Source: Candidatus Melainabacteria bacterium 17Bon1m (GTDB lineage Bacteria > Cyanobacteriota > Vampirovibrionia > Obscuribacterales > Obscuribacteraceae). Taken from it: 64,000 nt of DNA. The notes under the pieces were generated by a model, which saw only the letters and a list, made by a program, of their open reading frames with translations, searched no databases and was not told where the DNA came from. The DNA is taken from the NCBI GenBank assembly GCA_032128875.1, contig JAVLKG010000003.1, positions 641,008 through 705,007 of the forward strand, written 5' to 3'. Made by a program: the position numbers and the translations under genes. Every line of letters starts with the position of its first letter. The first letter of the stretch is position 1. This document shows positions 20,828 to 33,083 of the stretch, piece by piece.

Positions 20828-21199
20828 GTGGCTTCCATTTTGGTAGTCGAAGACGACGAAGACCTTTCCTCGACCATGGTCGAATGGCTGGTTTTCAATT
20901 CGCATGACGCAGAGGCCGCACTGACCGGCGAAGATGGTCTGGCACGCATGTGCGAGAAGTCGTTCGATGTCATCATTCTCGACTGGCAGCTGCCGGGAAT
21001 GGCCGGTATCGAAGTTTGCCGAGCCTACAGAGAGCAAGGAGGCAAAACACCGGTTCTAATGTTGACCGGCAGGCGCGATCCCACCGAGAAGGAAGCCTGT
21101 ATGAAAGCGGGCGCTACTGAGTTTCTTCCCAAGCCTTTCCGGCTAGAGCAATTGAGCAATCAAATCCAAAAAGTGCTGGAATTGGCTGGCACAAAGTAA
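20828..21199 (+). CDS. Single-domain response regulator (REC)
   Basis: VVEDD, ILDWQLPG, LTG, KPF. Confidence 0.92.
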   Translation: MASILVVEDDEDLSSTMVEWLVFNSHDAEAALTGEDGLARMCEKSFDVIILDWQLPGMAGIEVCRAYREQGGKTPVLMLTGRRDPTEKEACMKAGATEFLPKPFRLEQLSNQIQKVLELAGTK

Positions 21200-21229
21200 T
21201 CCGGTCCTCACACCCCTCTCGAGAGTTTT

Positions 21230-22906
21230 TTGATGGAAAGCTGGCTTCCCAGGATGACCCAAAAGAAAGCGGAATTCATCGCGAAAACTCGCGACCGCTT
21301 GACCGAGATGGAAGGTCTGCTCGCTACTCTGACTTACCGTCCTGCGGACGCTGGCATCATCAAGCAATTGGCTGGTCACTTCCACCAATTGGCTGGTGGC
21401 GGTGGCATCTACGAACTCGATGACTTGTGCATGTACGCGCAATTCGGCGAGACCATTGTTTTTGCCCTTGTAAGACAGGGAGGATCGGCATCACCTGATT
21501 CGATCGACAAGCTCAAAGAAGCCGTCGAAAGTATGCGAGGCGCGATTGAAGTCGGGCGTCCTGACGCAAGACCGCAAGACGATACGGGTCCTTTGCCCGC
21601 AGTTGCACCGCAGATTACTGTGACTTCCCCTGCCAAAGACGCTGGTCGTCTGCGCATCTTTGTGGTCTCTTCCGATCCTGAGCACACTGACGCGTTAGAG
21701 CCGCTGCTTGCCGGTAATGATTTCGAATTCCGTGTCTTTACCACTTCGGCAGAAGCGCTTGATGCCCTCAAAATGACTTTCCCAGACGGAATGATTGTCG
21801 ACATTCCCTTGTCCGACGGCAACGGTTATGAGTTGGTTGCTAATTTGCGAAATCTACCCGGTGGCAATAAGCCGCCTGTGGTCATGCTTTCGCGCGAGCA
21901 GGGCTTTCTCGACAAAGTCGGCGCTATCAGAGCCGGCGTGGATGCCTTCTTCGAGCACCCATTGGACTTTCAATCAATCGTAGACAAGCTGCGCTATTTG
22001 CTCGACAGAGACAAGCCCGAGCGCTTCCGAATTCTTTCCGTTGAGGACGATCCGGATCAAGCCGAATTCATTCGAGCTACGCTAGAGTTTGCCGGATATA
22101 ACGTTCTTACTTTGAACGATCCCAAAGCGTTTGAAGAAGCGCTTCTCGCCTTTTGCCCAGATTTGCTGCTGCTGGACGTAATGATGGGAGACATGACTGG
22201 CTTCGAAATTGCGAAGTACGTCCGGCAAATGGAGCGCTTCGTGGCGCTGCCAATTTTATTTTTAACAACGCAAAACCAGCTCGAGGCACATATTGAGAGC
22301 GCGCGGTCCGGTGGCGATGATCACTTGATCAAACCGATAGCACCGCCGCTTTTGGTTGCAACCGTTGCCGGCAGATTGGAGCGTTATCGCGTCTTCCAGA
22401 AGATGTTAAAACGCGAAGGTCTCACCCAATGCTTGACGCACAGTGCTTTCATTGAACGCGCCGGCGCGCTTGTAGAGCCGTTTCAGCGCCGTTTTTCGTT
22501 GGTGTTGATGTTGATTGATATTGACGGATTGCGTTATGTCAATGAGCGGTATGGATTCCCTGCGGGTGACAAGGTCATTCTCACTGTTTCCAATCTTTTG
22601 AAGAAAACTTTCCGGCACTCGGAATTGATCGGGCGCATTGGTGGTGACTCTTTTGGTGTGATGGTGGAAAACCTTTCAGTGCCGGAAGTTGCAGAGCTTG
22701 GTCAAACATTCTTGCGGGAACTCGCGGCCGTCGAACACGTCGGTGGTGGAGAACCATTTTTCGTAACAGCGTCAAGTGGTGTGGCGTCGCTCGGAGACGG
22801 AATGGATTTGAAAGTGCTGATTTCAGACGCGGAACAAGCCTTGCAAAGCGCGAAAGCGCAAGGGCGTAACCGCCTCGTAAGGGCCGCAGGTAAAGCGTTG
22901 CGTTAA
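21230..22906 (+). CDS. Hpt-REC-REC-GGDEF-like protein with degenerate GGDSF site
   Basis: FHQLAGGG Hpt; VEDD..LLDVMM..KP REC; DID..RIGGDSF. Confidence 0.88.
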   Translation: MMESWLPRMTQKKAEFIAKTRDRLTEMEGLLATLTYRPADAGIIKQLAGHFHQLAGGGGIYELDDLCMYAQFGETIVFALVRQGGSASPDSIDKLKEAVESMRGAIEVGRPDARPQDDTGPLPAVAPQITVTSPAKDAGRLRIFVVSSDPEHTDALEPLLAGNDFEFRVFTTSAEALDALKMTFPDGMIVDIPLSDGNGYELVANLRNLPGGNKPPVVMLSREQGFLDKVGAIRAGVDAFFEHPLDFQSIVDKLRYLLDRDKPERFRILSVEDDPDQAEFIRATLEFAGYNVLTLNDPKAFEEALLAFCPDLLLLDVMMGDMTGFEIAKYVRQMERFVALPILFLTTQNQLEAHIESARSGGDDHLIKPIAPPLLVATVAGRLERYRVFQKMLKREGLTQCLTHSAFIERAGALVEPFQRRFSLVLMLIDIDGLRYVNERYGFPAGDKVILTVSNLLKKTFRHSELIGRIGGDSFGVMVENLSVPEVAELGQTFLRELAAVEHVGGGEPFFVTASSGVASLGDGMDLKVLISDAEQALQSAKAQGRNRLVRAAGKALR

Positions 22907-22983
22907 TATTTTTTCTGCTTGGCACTATATGTGGTGCTGCGTTGATTGTTGTTCTTATTGTTTGACTTGAAGGAGAAAGTTCT

Positions 22984-23613
22984 GTGACTGAACAAACATT
23001 GATGGAAAATCTCAAATCGACGACTCGTGCAGATCACGATTCCGCCGAAGGTCATGATTTCCAGCGATTGCTTTTCTCCGGTCAATTGCCGTACGAGACC
23101 TTCTGTGATTATGTAGGTCAGCTTTTCGTTCTGCATAAAGCGCTTGAGGATGAGCTAAAACTTGCTGCCTCTGACGAACGTGTGAAGAAAGTTCTCGGTG
23201 ACTGGCAGTTTCAAGAAGGGTTTCTCGACAAAGATCTCACTGCCCTTGGTCGTAAAAGCGCTGATTGCAAGCCGCTTCCAGCTACTGCCAAGATAATTGA
23301 GTCCATTAAAGAAACAAGCAAGAAGCACCCGATTGCATTGTTGGGCTATCACTATGTCTTGCTGGGCAGCAAACACGGAGCGCGCATGATTTGCCCCAAC
23401 CTAAAGAAGTCTTACAACCTCGAGGGGCATGACGGCACTCTTTACTTCGACCCTTACGAAGGTAAGTTCATGCAGCTCTGGGGCGAGTTCAAAGACTCTA
23501 TGAACGCCAATCATTTAAATGAATCAGAGACTGCCGAGATTTTGGATGCAGCCAAGAAGATGTTCCGTTCGATGGGCGAGATTGGCGAAGGGCTTCATGC
23601 CAACGCTGCTTGA
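22984..23613 (+). CDS. Heme oxygenase-like protein
   Basis: 'LKSTTRADHDSAE' heme His, 'HYVLLGSKHGARMI' distal helix. Confidence 0.8.
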   Translation: MTEQTLMENLKSTTRADHDSAEGHDFQRLLFSGQLPYETFCDYVGQLFVLHKALEDELKLAASDERVKKVLGDWQFQEGFLDKDLTALGRKSADCKPLPATAKIIESIKETSKKHPIALLGYHYVLLGSKHGARMICPNLKKSYNLEGHDGTLYFDPYEGKFMQLWGEFKDSMNANHLNESETAEILDAAKKMFRSMGEIGEGLHANAA

Positions 23614-23812
23614 TTGCCTGGGCGCCTTAACCGCCGCCCGCCATTCGTTGTGCACGCGCCGGTATACCGAACCAAGTTGTCATCGATTCGGTTTTGTGGT
23701 GCTAGAGACGTCCCTGTCCTGAATTGCACTTTTAATTGTTTTCGCGCGGACAATCCGTTGACTTTCCCGCGGTACATCTTTTAAACTAAGTCGAAGATTA
23801 GACTCGTTCTAA

Positions 23813-26194
<2,382 letters not shown>

Positions 26195-26197
26195 CTT

Positions 26198-26256
26198 GTA
26201 GGGGCGATGCCATGCATCGCCCTCTTTTTATCGTGGGGGCGCATTGCATGCGCCCT
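26198..26256. repeat. Two tandem GTAG-type REP units
   Basis: GTAGGGGCGATGCCATGCATCGCCCT and GTGGGGGCGCATTGCATGCGCCCT. Confidence 0.75.
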
Positions 26257-26320
26257 CTTTTTTCCTTTAGTCGTATTTTGAAACGTCAAACACTGCAGGA
26301 TTTCAAATTAGCTAAAAAGC

Positions 26321-26350
26321 CAAAAACCCCGGGCGAACCCGGGGTTTTTG
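26321..26350. terminator. Bidirectional intrinsic terminator
   Basis: Perfect CAAAAACCCCGGG-CGAA-CCCGGGGTTTTTG between convergent genes (UUCG loop on minus strand). Confidence 0.9.
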
Positions 26351-26390
26351 TTCTTCCAAATACTTTGAATACTTTGAAGAAGTGCTGCGA

Positions 26391-26870
26391 TTACTCTTTG
26401 ATGAAGGTCAAGGTTACGCAGTTTTCGCCTTCGAATTTGGTTTCGCCCTTGAAGCCGAATTCTTTTGCGAACATCGATGTGCAGTTCTCAAATTGAGCGC
26501 CCATCTTTTCTTCTTGTTCTTTGCTCATGTGGCCGTACTTCTTGAGTGCTTCCCACATTCCGCAGGTCTTGTAGCTGAGGTGAGCTTGTTTGTCATCGCC
26601 CCAGATTTCGATCTTGCTGCCGAAAACATTGGCTTCGAATTCAGCCATTGCTTTGACGAGTTCCATCGGGGTGGTTACTTTGAGAGCCTTGAAGTAGGCT
26701 ACTTTTTCTTGACGCTTGACGTTTTCAAACTTTTTGATTGCTTCTTCGCCGTGCTCGCAGATGACGCCATATGCGGCCATCCATTGCGATGCCAGAAGAC
26801 GAGCGGTTTCTTCTTGAATCTTTTGTGTGTTCCACTTGGATTCGATAAGTTGTTTTGTTGCTGTTGTCAT
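26391..26870 (-). CDS. Hypothetical protein, possibly V4R/ATC-hydrolase-like fold
   Basis: Spaced cysteines 'YKTCGMW', 'NCT', 'NCVT'. Confidence 0.65.
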   Translation of the reverse strand: MTTATKQLIESKWNTQKIQEETARLLASQWMAAYGVICEHGEEAIKKFENVKRQEKVAYFKALKVTTPMELVKAMAEFEANVFGSKIEIWGDDKQAHLSYKTCGMWEALKKYGHMSKEQEEKMGAQFENCTSMFAKEFGFKGETKFEGENCVTLTFIKE

Positions 26871-27130
26871 TTCGATGTACAAAGCTCCGTGTGTGATTTG
26901 ATGCGCTCAGTATAGGCGTGTATTCGATAAAATTAGCCACCTTTAAGAGAGCCTTTCGTATTCTTCTTGACATAGTGAGTCTCGTTTAATGTTCTCTGAG
27001 CCGGGCTTACTATCAGGGTTTTACCGCGTGACGATAGAAGTATAAATTTGGCACAGACTTCTACAATGATGGAACAAAAGCGGAGTTTTCCACTCCTCCC
27101 TCAGGTAGGTTTGAGTAACAGGAGTGAAGC

Positions 27131-27685
27131 ATGAACGTCAAAAAGCTGGTTGCCCTTGGTGGTTGTGCAGTGCTCGGTGCATTGTCCGTGTGCGCTGCTT
27201 ATTCGAAGGATTTGACGACATCAGGACCGATGTCTACCGCGGCAAAGCAAGACATCATCAATACTTTGCGCAGCAAGGGTTCTTTCCACAAAATGCTCCA
27301 GGGTCTTGAACAGACATACGAATTGGACAACGAATTGAAAGGCAAAGGACCTTACACGGTGTTTGCTGCAGATGATAAAGCCTGGAAGAAAATCAATCAG
27401 GCTGACCAGGATACGCTTTTCGGAAATAAGAAGAAACTCGACGAAGTGATGAGGTACGGCGTCATTAAAGGACAAGCCTTGGATACCGATCATTTGTATA
27501 AGATGCAAGGACAACAAGTGCAATCGCTCGAAGGTCGTCTTATCAACGTTCGCATGACTGCGGGTGAGAAGGAGCAAGCGTTTCTCTTTTTGAACGATTC
27601 AAAAGTGAAAGACGCAGACATCAAATGCAGCAATGGGATTATCCATATAGTTGATGCACCGCTGATGCCACCACTGAAAAAGTAG
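27131..27685 (+). CDS. Fasciclin (FAS1) domain protein, exported
   Basis: GPYTVFAADDKAW, CSNGIIHIVDAPL. Confidence 0.9.
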   Translation: MNVKKLVALGGCAVLGALSVCAAYSKDLTTSGPMSTAAKQDIINTLRSKGSFHKMLQGLEQTYELDNELKGKGPYTVFAADDKAWKKINQADQDTLFGNKKKLDEVMRYGVIKGQALDTDHLYKMQGQQVQSLEGRLINVRMTAGEKEQAFLFLNDSKVKDADIKCSNGIIHIVDAPLMPPLKK

Positions 27686-27687
27686 GT

Positions 27688-28653
27688 TTATTGCACAACT
27701 GGGATGACTTCAGCTGAGTTTTCTCGCTCTGCGAGCAAGCTCAAGAGGTTCTTTTCAATGGTCATAGATATCTCGTCCAACGGCAGATGGCTGAGATTGT
27801 GGACGTTGAACGGGTTCTGCAGTTCTACCCCGAGTTGATCAAGTGAGAAAAGAGGGTAGGCGACGAGCATCGTCACTAAAGGGACGAGAAAAAAATTGTC
27901 CAGAGAGTGCAGAAGCGCGAATGGCAAGGTAAGTACAAACAATGCAATAAATCTGCGAATCTTTATGGAGTACGCCTGAGCTAATGGCGTCTTCAATATT
28001 CGCTCGCAGGCGCCGATATGATCTATCAGCTGCGCACGTTCTCGATCGACTTGCATGTAGGCGAAGCTGTCAATGTCTCCTTTTTCTAGCGCTTCTTTCA
28101 GAAGCAATCCTAGATTCAAGGAGATTGTGCTCGGCGGATGGCGCGTATCCAAAATTTGTGAAGCCGTCTGCGGACCTAGAAGCGCATTTAACTCTTTGGA
28201 AGAATTTTGTCCCCGCAAGACTAGTCTCGCCGAATGCGGAAACGAAGCGGCTAAGCGCACAAATTTCTCGCGCCACGTTTGGTCTTGTGGTCCGTAAGCT
28301 AGCGCAGAAATCGTGATGTTGCGAGACTGGTTGACTATGCCGCCCCAAAGCTTTCTTGCTTCCCACCAGCGGTCATATCCAGCATTTGTTCTTAATACCA
28401 ACAGCAATCCCAGTGCGGTTCCAATGAACTCGTAAGGAGTCAATTCAAGTGAAAGTCGGACGCCTAGGTATTTTTGCGTCAGTGCCGCTACCGCACAGAT
28501 GAGCGAAGCCACCACTCCGACAGTGAGCACGTTCGGCAACACGTGCGGAGTAATTGATCCTTGTATGGCAAAGGCATCAAACCAAAATGATTCCCACTTG
28601 CTGCTAGATGACGCTGTTGAGGGAAAGTCTTGGTTTTGAGATTGCTGTGACAT
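27688..28653 (-). CDS. Bestrophin-family anion channel
   Basis: LRTNAGYDRWWEARKLWG, GACERILKTP, ELQNPF..LPLD; GGAGG SD lies inside upstream CA gene. Confidence 0.93.
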   Translation of the reverse strand: MSQQSQNQDFPSTASSSSKWESFWFDAFAIQGSITPHVLPNVLTVGVVASLICAVAALTQKYLGVRLSLELTPYEFIGTALGLLLVLRTNAGYDRWWEARKLWGGIVNQSRNITISALAYGPQDQTWREKFVRLAASFPHSARLVLRGQNSSKELNALLGPQTASQILDTRHPPSTISLNLGLLLKEALEKGDIDSFAYMQVDRERAQLIDHIGACERILKTPLAQAYSIKIRRFIALFVLTLPFALLHSLDNFFLVPLVTMLVAYPLFSLDQLGVELQNPFNVHNLSHLPLDEISMTIEKNLLSLLAERENSAEVIPVVQ

Positions 28654-29281
28654 CAGAAGCCTCCAATATTTCAGCAAACTGACCAGATTTGCTGTCATAA
28701 CTAAAAACTTGTCCTGTCTCGATTTTGTATGTCCATCCGTGCAGGTTGATCTCGCCTCGAGACAATTTCACAGCCACTGCTGGGTGCGTTTTCAAATTCT
28801 CTAATTGAACCAGAACGTTTTCCTGAATGGCGACATTGAGAAGCTCTTCAGCGTTCAAACCGGCGTCAATGTAATTTTCTTCGACAATGCGTCGAGTGGC
28901 TTCTGCGTGCGACAACCACGAAACTACACTCGGAAGTTTTTTGATTGATTCAAGATTGAGTAGCCCTTTTACCGCTCCGCACAGCGAATGTCCGCATACG
29001 ATAATGTCCTTGACGCCCAGACCCGCAATAGCGAATTCAATAGTAGCGCCTTCCCCACCGTTTGCTGCACCAAAAGGCGGAATTATATTGCCGGCATTTC
29101 TGAGAATAAAAAGGTCACCAGGCTGTGTCTGAGTGATGAGATTGGGATTTATCCTTGAATCGGAACACGTAATGAATAGAGCGTCCGGACTCTGTCCTTG
29201 CGCCAATCTTTCGAAGAGCTCCTGATGACTCTCAAAAACTCTAGATTGAAAGTGATGCAGACCCGTGATGAGTTTTTGCAT
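28604..29281 (-). CDS. Beta-class carbonic anhydrase
   Basis: CSDSR and GHSLCG zinc motifs, RNAGN. Confidence 0.96.
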   Translation of the reverse strand: MQKLITGLHHFQSRVFESHQELFERLAQGQSPDALFITCSDSRINPNLITQTQPGDLFILRNAGNIIPPFGAANGGEGATIEFAIAGLGVKDIIVCGHSLCGAVKGLLNLESIKKLPSVVSWLSHAEATRRIVEENYIDAGLNAEELLNVAIQENVLVQLENLKTHPAVAVKLSRGEINLHGWTYKIETGQVFSYDSKSGQFAEILEASDVTAISKPRLSLNSVI

Positions 29282-29456
29282 GTAAAGCTCCTTTACTACC
29301 TCTAAACGCCTACCCTTTTAGGAAGCCAAATATTGCGAACCCTTTTTACCGCTGACTCAAACTCGTGAGGCTCTGCCTGAAACGGTCCTGCAAATTGAAG
29401 TCCGCCGAGAATCCAAACAACCCGAGATTTCGAAAACGCATTGTTGCGAAGCTCAA

Positions 29457-29476
29457 ATATGCAAAAGTTTGCATGT
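29457..29476. promoter_or_regulatory. Putative ArsR operator upstream of CA-bestrophin
   Basis: ATATGCA-AAAGTT-TGCATGT within a 28-bp near-palindrome (to 29484) that overlaps the -10 of minus-strand TTGCGC-N18-TATATT. Confidence 0.65.
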
Positions 29477-29528
29477 TTGAATATAACATCTTTGCTGGCT
29501 GTTGCGCAAGTCTCCCCGCCCTGTAAGC

Positions 29529-31592
29529 TCAGTTAACTGATTTGTCCTTAAGGATGTACACTCCGCCTTCTTCAGCGGCAATGTATATGATTCCGTTTTT
29601 CGCCTCGATATCGGAAGCGGAAAGTGGTATCGCGCTGAGATCAACGGTGCCTACTAGTTTTGGATTTTTCGGGTTGCTGATGTCGACTGAGTTGACCTGC
29701 ATAAATCCTTGAACGTAGGCTCGGTTGCCTTCTATTTTCAATCTATCGGCCTGTTTGATTTTGATCGAGCTTACACGCTTCAATCTACCTGATGTGGTTC
29801 TGTCAAGGATGCTAAGTTCTCTGTCGCCCCAGATGCTGCCTTCCAGAACATACAGGTGTCGTGTATCAGTGTCGAGCGCAAATGCTTTTTGATCAATTTC
29901 TGTCTGTGCAATTTTTTTGAGGTGTTGGGGATCTTTGGTGTCGAAGACAAGGAGCAGCGTCTCTTTCGGTCCTGTATCCGTCACAACGTAGAGGAAGTCG
30001 TCATGAGCACTCAGAATATCCGCGCCTGTCTTGATCGGATGGAAGAAGCGCTGCGCGCCGGATTTTTTGAAGATATGTACACCGTCTTCTGCAGCAGTGA
30101 AAACATAGTTTTTATTGCAAGCTAATTCACGATTTGACTTATCTACCTTTTGCGACCATTTCTCTTTGAAGGTGCCATCTGGCTGCTTCTCCAGGAGGGT
30201 AGTCACTGTAATGCGTGAGCCTTTGGAAGGAAACCGCTCATCAGCAACGACAATGTCGGAGTCAGATTGGCACATTGCGCGCACCCCTTTGAAGTTCAAC
30301 GTTTGAACAGCGGGTGACGTCTTATCTTCTGGTTTTGAATGGAAAGACTGAACTTCAGATGGATTGGATGTCGCATATAGTGTTTCGTCCATAAGCGCCA
30401 GCATTTGCGCATCGCCGCCAAGATGGTGGCGTGACACCAAAAGTGGTGTAAATGGATCGCTTATGTCTACGATTGCGAGGTCACCGGCATTCGTCGTTGC
30501 ATACAGCTTTGTGCCTTCTACATCAAGGTCCACAATGCCCGTAATAACTGTGCTTGTGGATAATGTCTTTGGTTTTTTTCTATCGTGAATGTCAATAATC
30601 ATCAAACCTGAAGACGTGCCGATGAATGCAAATCCATTGCGAATCGTGGCGCCTGTCCCATACCAATATGCTGGAACATCAAGGCTTGATGCCAGTTGCG
30701 GCTTTTTTCCCTCGATACTAAGAATTGAAATTCCAGCATCCGGTGAATCTCCAGCTATTACGATCGTATTGCCTTCAACAGCGGCGGCTCCACGTCTAAG
30801 CCCACGTCCACCGGCTTTCCATTCGCCAAGTTTTACTGGGCTGCGTGGGTTTTTGATATCAAACAATCGCAATCCTTGATCTTCATCGATCACGCACAAG
30901 CGGTTAGCATCGATGCAAACATTCAATGCATCCAGGGTTTCCGAACTCTTTTCAGGCGTGTCCTTGAAACTAACAGTCGATGGAGAGGTCGGGTTCTTCA
31001 CATCAATGATTTCCAGCCCGTTCATTCCAGAGGCGATGTATGCGCACTCTGCACCGATAGCGACATTCTTTGGCGCAGCCATGTGTCCGTAGGCGGCAAC
31101 TTCGCGCGGTGAGTCCGGCTTGCTTACGTCGATTATTCGCAATCCGCCCCGCCCATTGCAGACGTATGCGAAATTGCGTTCTACTTTGATATTGCTGATT
31201 TGACCTAAGAGAAGGAGTGAGCCCACAGTTTCCACATGCTGCGGGTCTTGGATGTTTACTACCAGCATTGTTTCACCGGCGCCAATGTACGCGTATTTGC
31301 CTTCAACCGCGATTGCCGACAGTTTTCCGCCTTTCTGGGCGACCACGTCGATGTTCTTACTGGGCGGCAGGCGAGGGATGTCGAAGCGCTTCTGGCTAAA
31401 AATGTCGTAGCCGGTTATTAATTGTGTAAATGCAGCAAGGCGCCACAAACCGGCACTCTGCACGTATGCAGCGACCACGATGAACGCTGAAGCTGTCACC
31501 CACATCAATAGAAGGGGCGATATCCTTACGCGTCTTCCAGGCACCTTGGGCGCCGGTTGTGATACTTGCTCTTCCACAGAAGTGTCCTGCAA
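29529..31592 (-). CDS. LVIVD-repeat beta-propeller protein with N-terminal TM anchor
   Basis: Repeated 'GLRIIDVSKPDSP', 'GLEIIDVKNPTSP', 'LAIVDISDPFTP'. Confidence 0.9.
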   Translation of the reverse strand: MQDTSVEEQVSQPAPKVPGRRVRISPLLLMWVTASAFIVVAAYVQSAGLWRLAAFTQLITGYDIFSQKRFDIPRLPPSKNIDVVAQKGGKLSAIAVEGKYAYIGAGETMLVVNIQDPQHVETVGSLLLLGQISNIKVERNFAYVCNGRGGLRIIDVSKPDSPREVAAYGHMAAPKNVAIGAECAYIASGMNGLEIIDVKNPTSPSTVSFKDTPEKSSETLDALNVCIDANRLCVIDEDQGLRLFDIKNPRSPVKLGEWKAGGRGLRRGAAAVEGNTIVIAGDSPDAGISILSIEGKKPQLASSLDVPAYWYGTGATIRNGFAFIGTSSGLMIIDIHDRKKPKTLSTSTVITGIVDLDVEGTKLYATTNAGDLAIVDISDPFTPLLVSRHHLGGDAQMLALMDETLYATSNPSEVQSFHSKPEDKTSPAVQTLNFKGVRAMCQSDSDIVVADERFPSKGSRITVTTLLEKQPDGTFKEKWSQKVDKSNRELACNKNYVFTAAEDGVHIFKKSGAQRFFHPIKTGADILSAHDDFLYVVTDTGPKETLLLVFDTKDPQHLKKIAQTEIDQKAFALDTDTRHLYVLEGSIWGDRELSILDRTTSGRLKRVSSIKIKQADRLKIEGNRAYVQGFMQVNSVDISNPKNPKLVGTVDLSAIPLSASDIEAKNGIIYIAAEEGGVYILKDKSVN

Positions 31593-31670
31593 TACATCAC
31601 CGATTCAGCAGTAAGTTCTACTGAATAGATGTGATTTTTAGGCCACAGTTCCGTTTATCCGTTTATCGGG

Positions 31671-32837
31671 TTAAAGGATTGTTTTTAAATGCTTGACCAG
31701 CAAATGGTTCTCGGCTGGGCGGCCGGTTGTTACACGGAAGCAAGTCGGCAGTCCGAAAGCAGCCAGCGGGCGGATTGCGATGCCGCGCTTCAGCAGTTCT
31801 TCGTGAATGCGATTGACCTTTTCCTGGCAATTCATCTCAACGAGGATGAAATTGCCATGCGAGGGCACCCGCTGCAGTCCAAGCTTGTCAAAAGCATCTT
31901 GCAAGAAAGCCATCGCATGACGATTGTTTGCGAGTGTTTCTTCCAGGAAGTCTTCATCTTGTAGAGCTGCCAAACCAGCGGCTTGTGCCAGTGAATTGGG
32001 CTCGAAAGGAAGTCTGATGCGGTTTACGAAGTCGATCAAATATTCGTGACCGAGTCCGTAGCCAAGTCTCAAACCTGCCATAGCGTAGGCTTTTGCGAAT
32101 GTTCTCAGAGTGAGTACATTGTCCATGCGATAGCTCATCGAATCCGGATAATCCGGGTTGTCGCAAGCAAACTCGTAATAGGCTTCATCCATGATGACGA
32201 GCACATGCTCTGGAATCTTCTTGATGAAAGTGTCGAATTCCTGACGCGTAAAGATTGTGCCTGTGGGGTTATTGGGGTTGCACAGGTAAATGATCTTGGT
32301 GCGGTCGTTGACAGCATCAGCAATCGCGTCCAGGTCGAAGTGATAGTTTTTGAGTGGAACGGTGCGGAGCTTGACTCCCTGGGCTTTTACAAGCACCAGA
32401 AGTCCGATGAAAGTACCCTCGGATGTCAGCACTTCGTCATCGCCGTGCAGGAAAGCACGCACAATGTTAGCCATGATACTTTCGGAGCCGCTGCCAACCG
32501 CGAGGTTTTCGATGTTGACGCCCAGCTTGTGTCCAAGCGCTTCTCTGAGCTTGAAACTGCCTGATTCGGGATAACGGCAGATGTCGGGTAATGCAGCGGT
32601 TATGGCTTTCAATGCCGATTCCGGCGGTCCAAGTGGATTTTCATTGGAAGCCAGGTTGATAAACTTCTCAATCCCGAGCTCTTTCTTCAGCTGCTCGGGC
32701 GGTCTGCCGGGCTTGTACGAAATCAACTGTTCGATGTGTGTTGGCACGAGTTTTCTCGGTGCCAGCCTTCCACCTTGTTGCACCACTAGTCTCAGTGGGT
32801 CGGTCTTCGCTGCCAGTTGTTGAATGTATGTTGCCAT
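31671..32837 (-). CDS. hisC: Histidinol-phosphate aminotransferase
   Basis: YKPG, LASNENP, CNPNNPTG, DEAY, RTFAKAYAMAGLRLGY. Confidence 0.92.
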   Translation of the reverse strand: MATYIQQLAAKTDPLRLVVQQGGRLAPRKLVPTHIEQLISYKPGRPPEQLKKELGIEKFINLASNENPLGPPESALKAITAALPDICRYPESGSFKLREALGHKLGVNIENLAVGSGSESIMANIVRAFLHGDDEVLTSEGTFIGLLVLVKAQGVKLRTVPLKNYHFDLDAIADAVNDRTKIIYLCNPNNPTGTIFTRQEFDTFIKKIPEHVLVIMDEAYYEFACDNPDYPDSMSYRMDNVLTLRTFAKAYAMAGLRLGYGLGHEYLIDFVNRIRLPFEPNSLAQAAGLAALQDEDFLEETLANNRHAMAFLQDAFDKLGLQRVPSHGNFILVEMNCQEKVNRIHEELLKRGIAIRPLAAFGLPTCFRVTTGRPAENHLLVKHLKTIL

Positions 32838-33083
32838 GGCTTCCGTTTAGTAATCAGTTGGTAATTTCCCGCGCAAAACCAGTCGGGCGGCGTGCCCGAA
32901 ACCTCTCAATGTCACTGCGTTTGGCGCGGTCGGCATTAAGAAACTTTGACGCTAAAGTAACATCTCTTTTTCCCATGTACAAGTTAATGCAGGGTGAATT
33001 CCGTATTTATCAGATATATCTAACCTTAAGACTTCCTTGTGTATCGGGCATATCTTTAGATAAATAGCGTAAAGGGGCAATCT

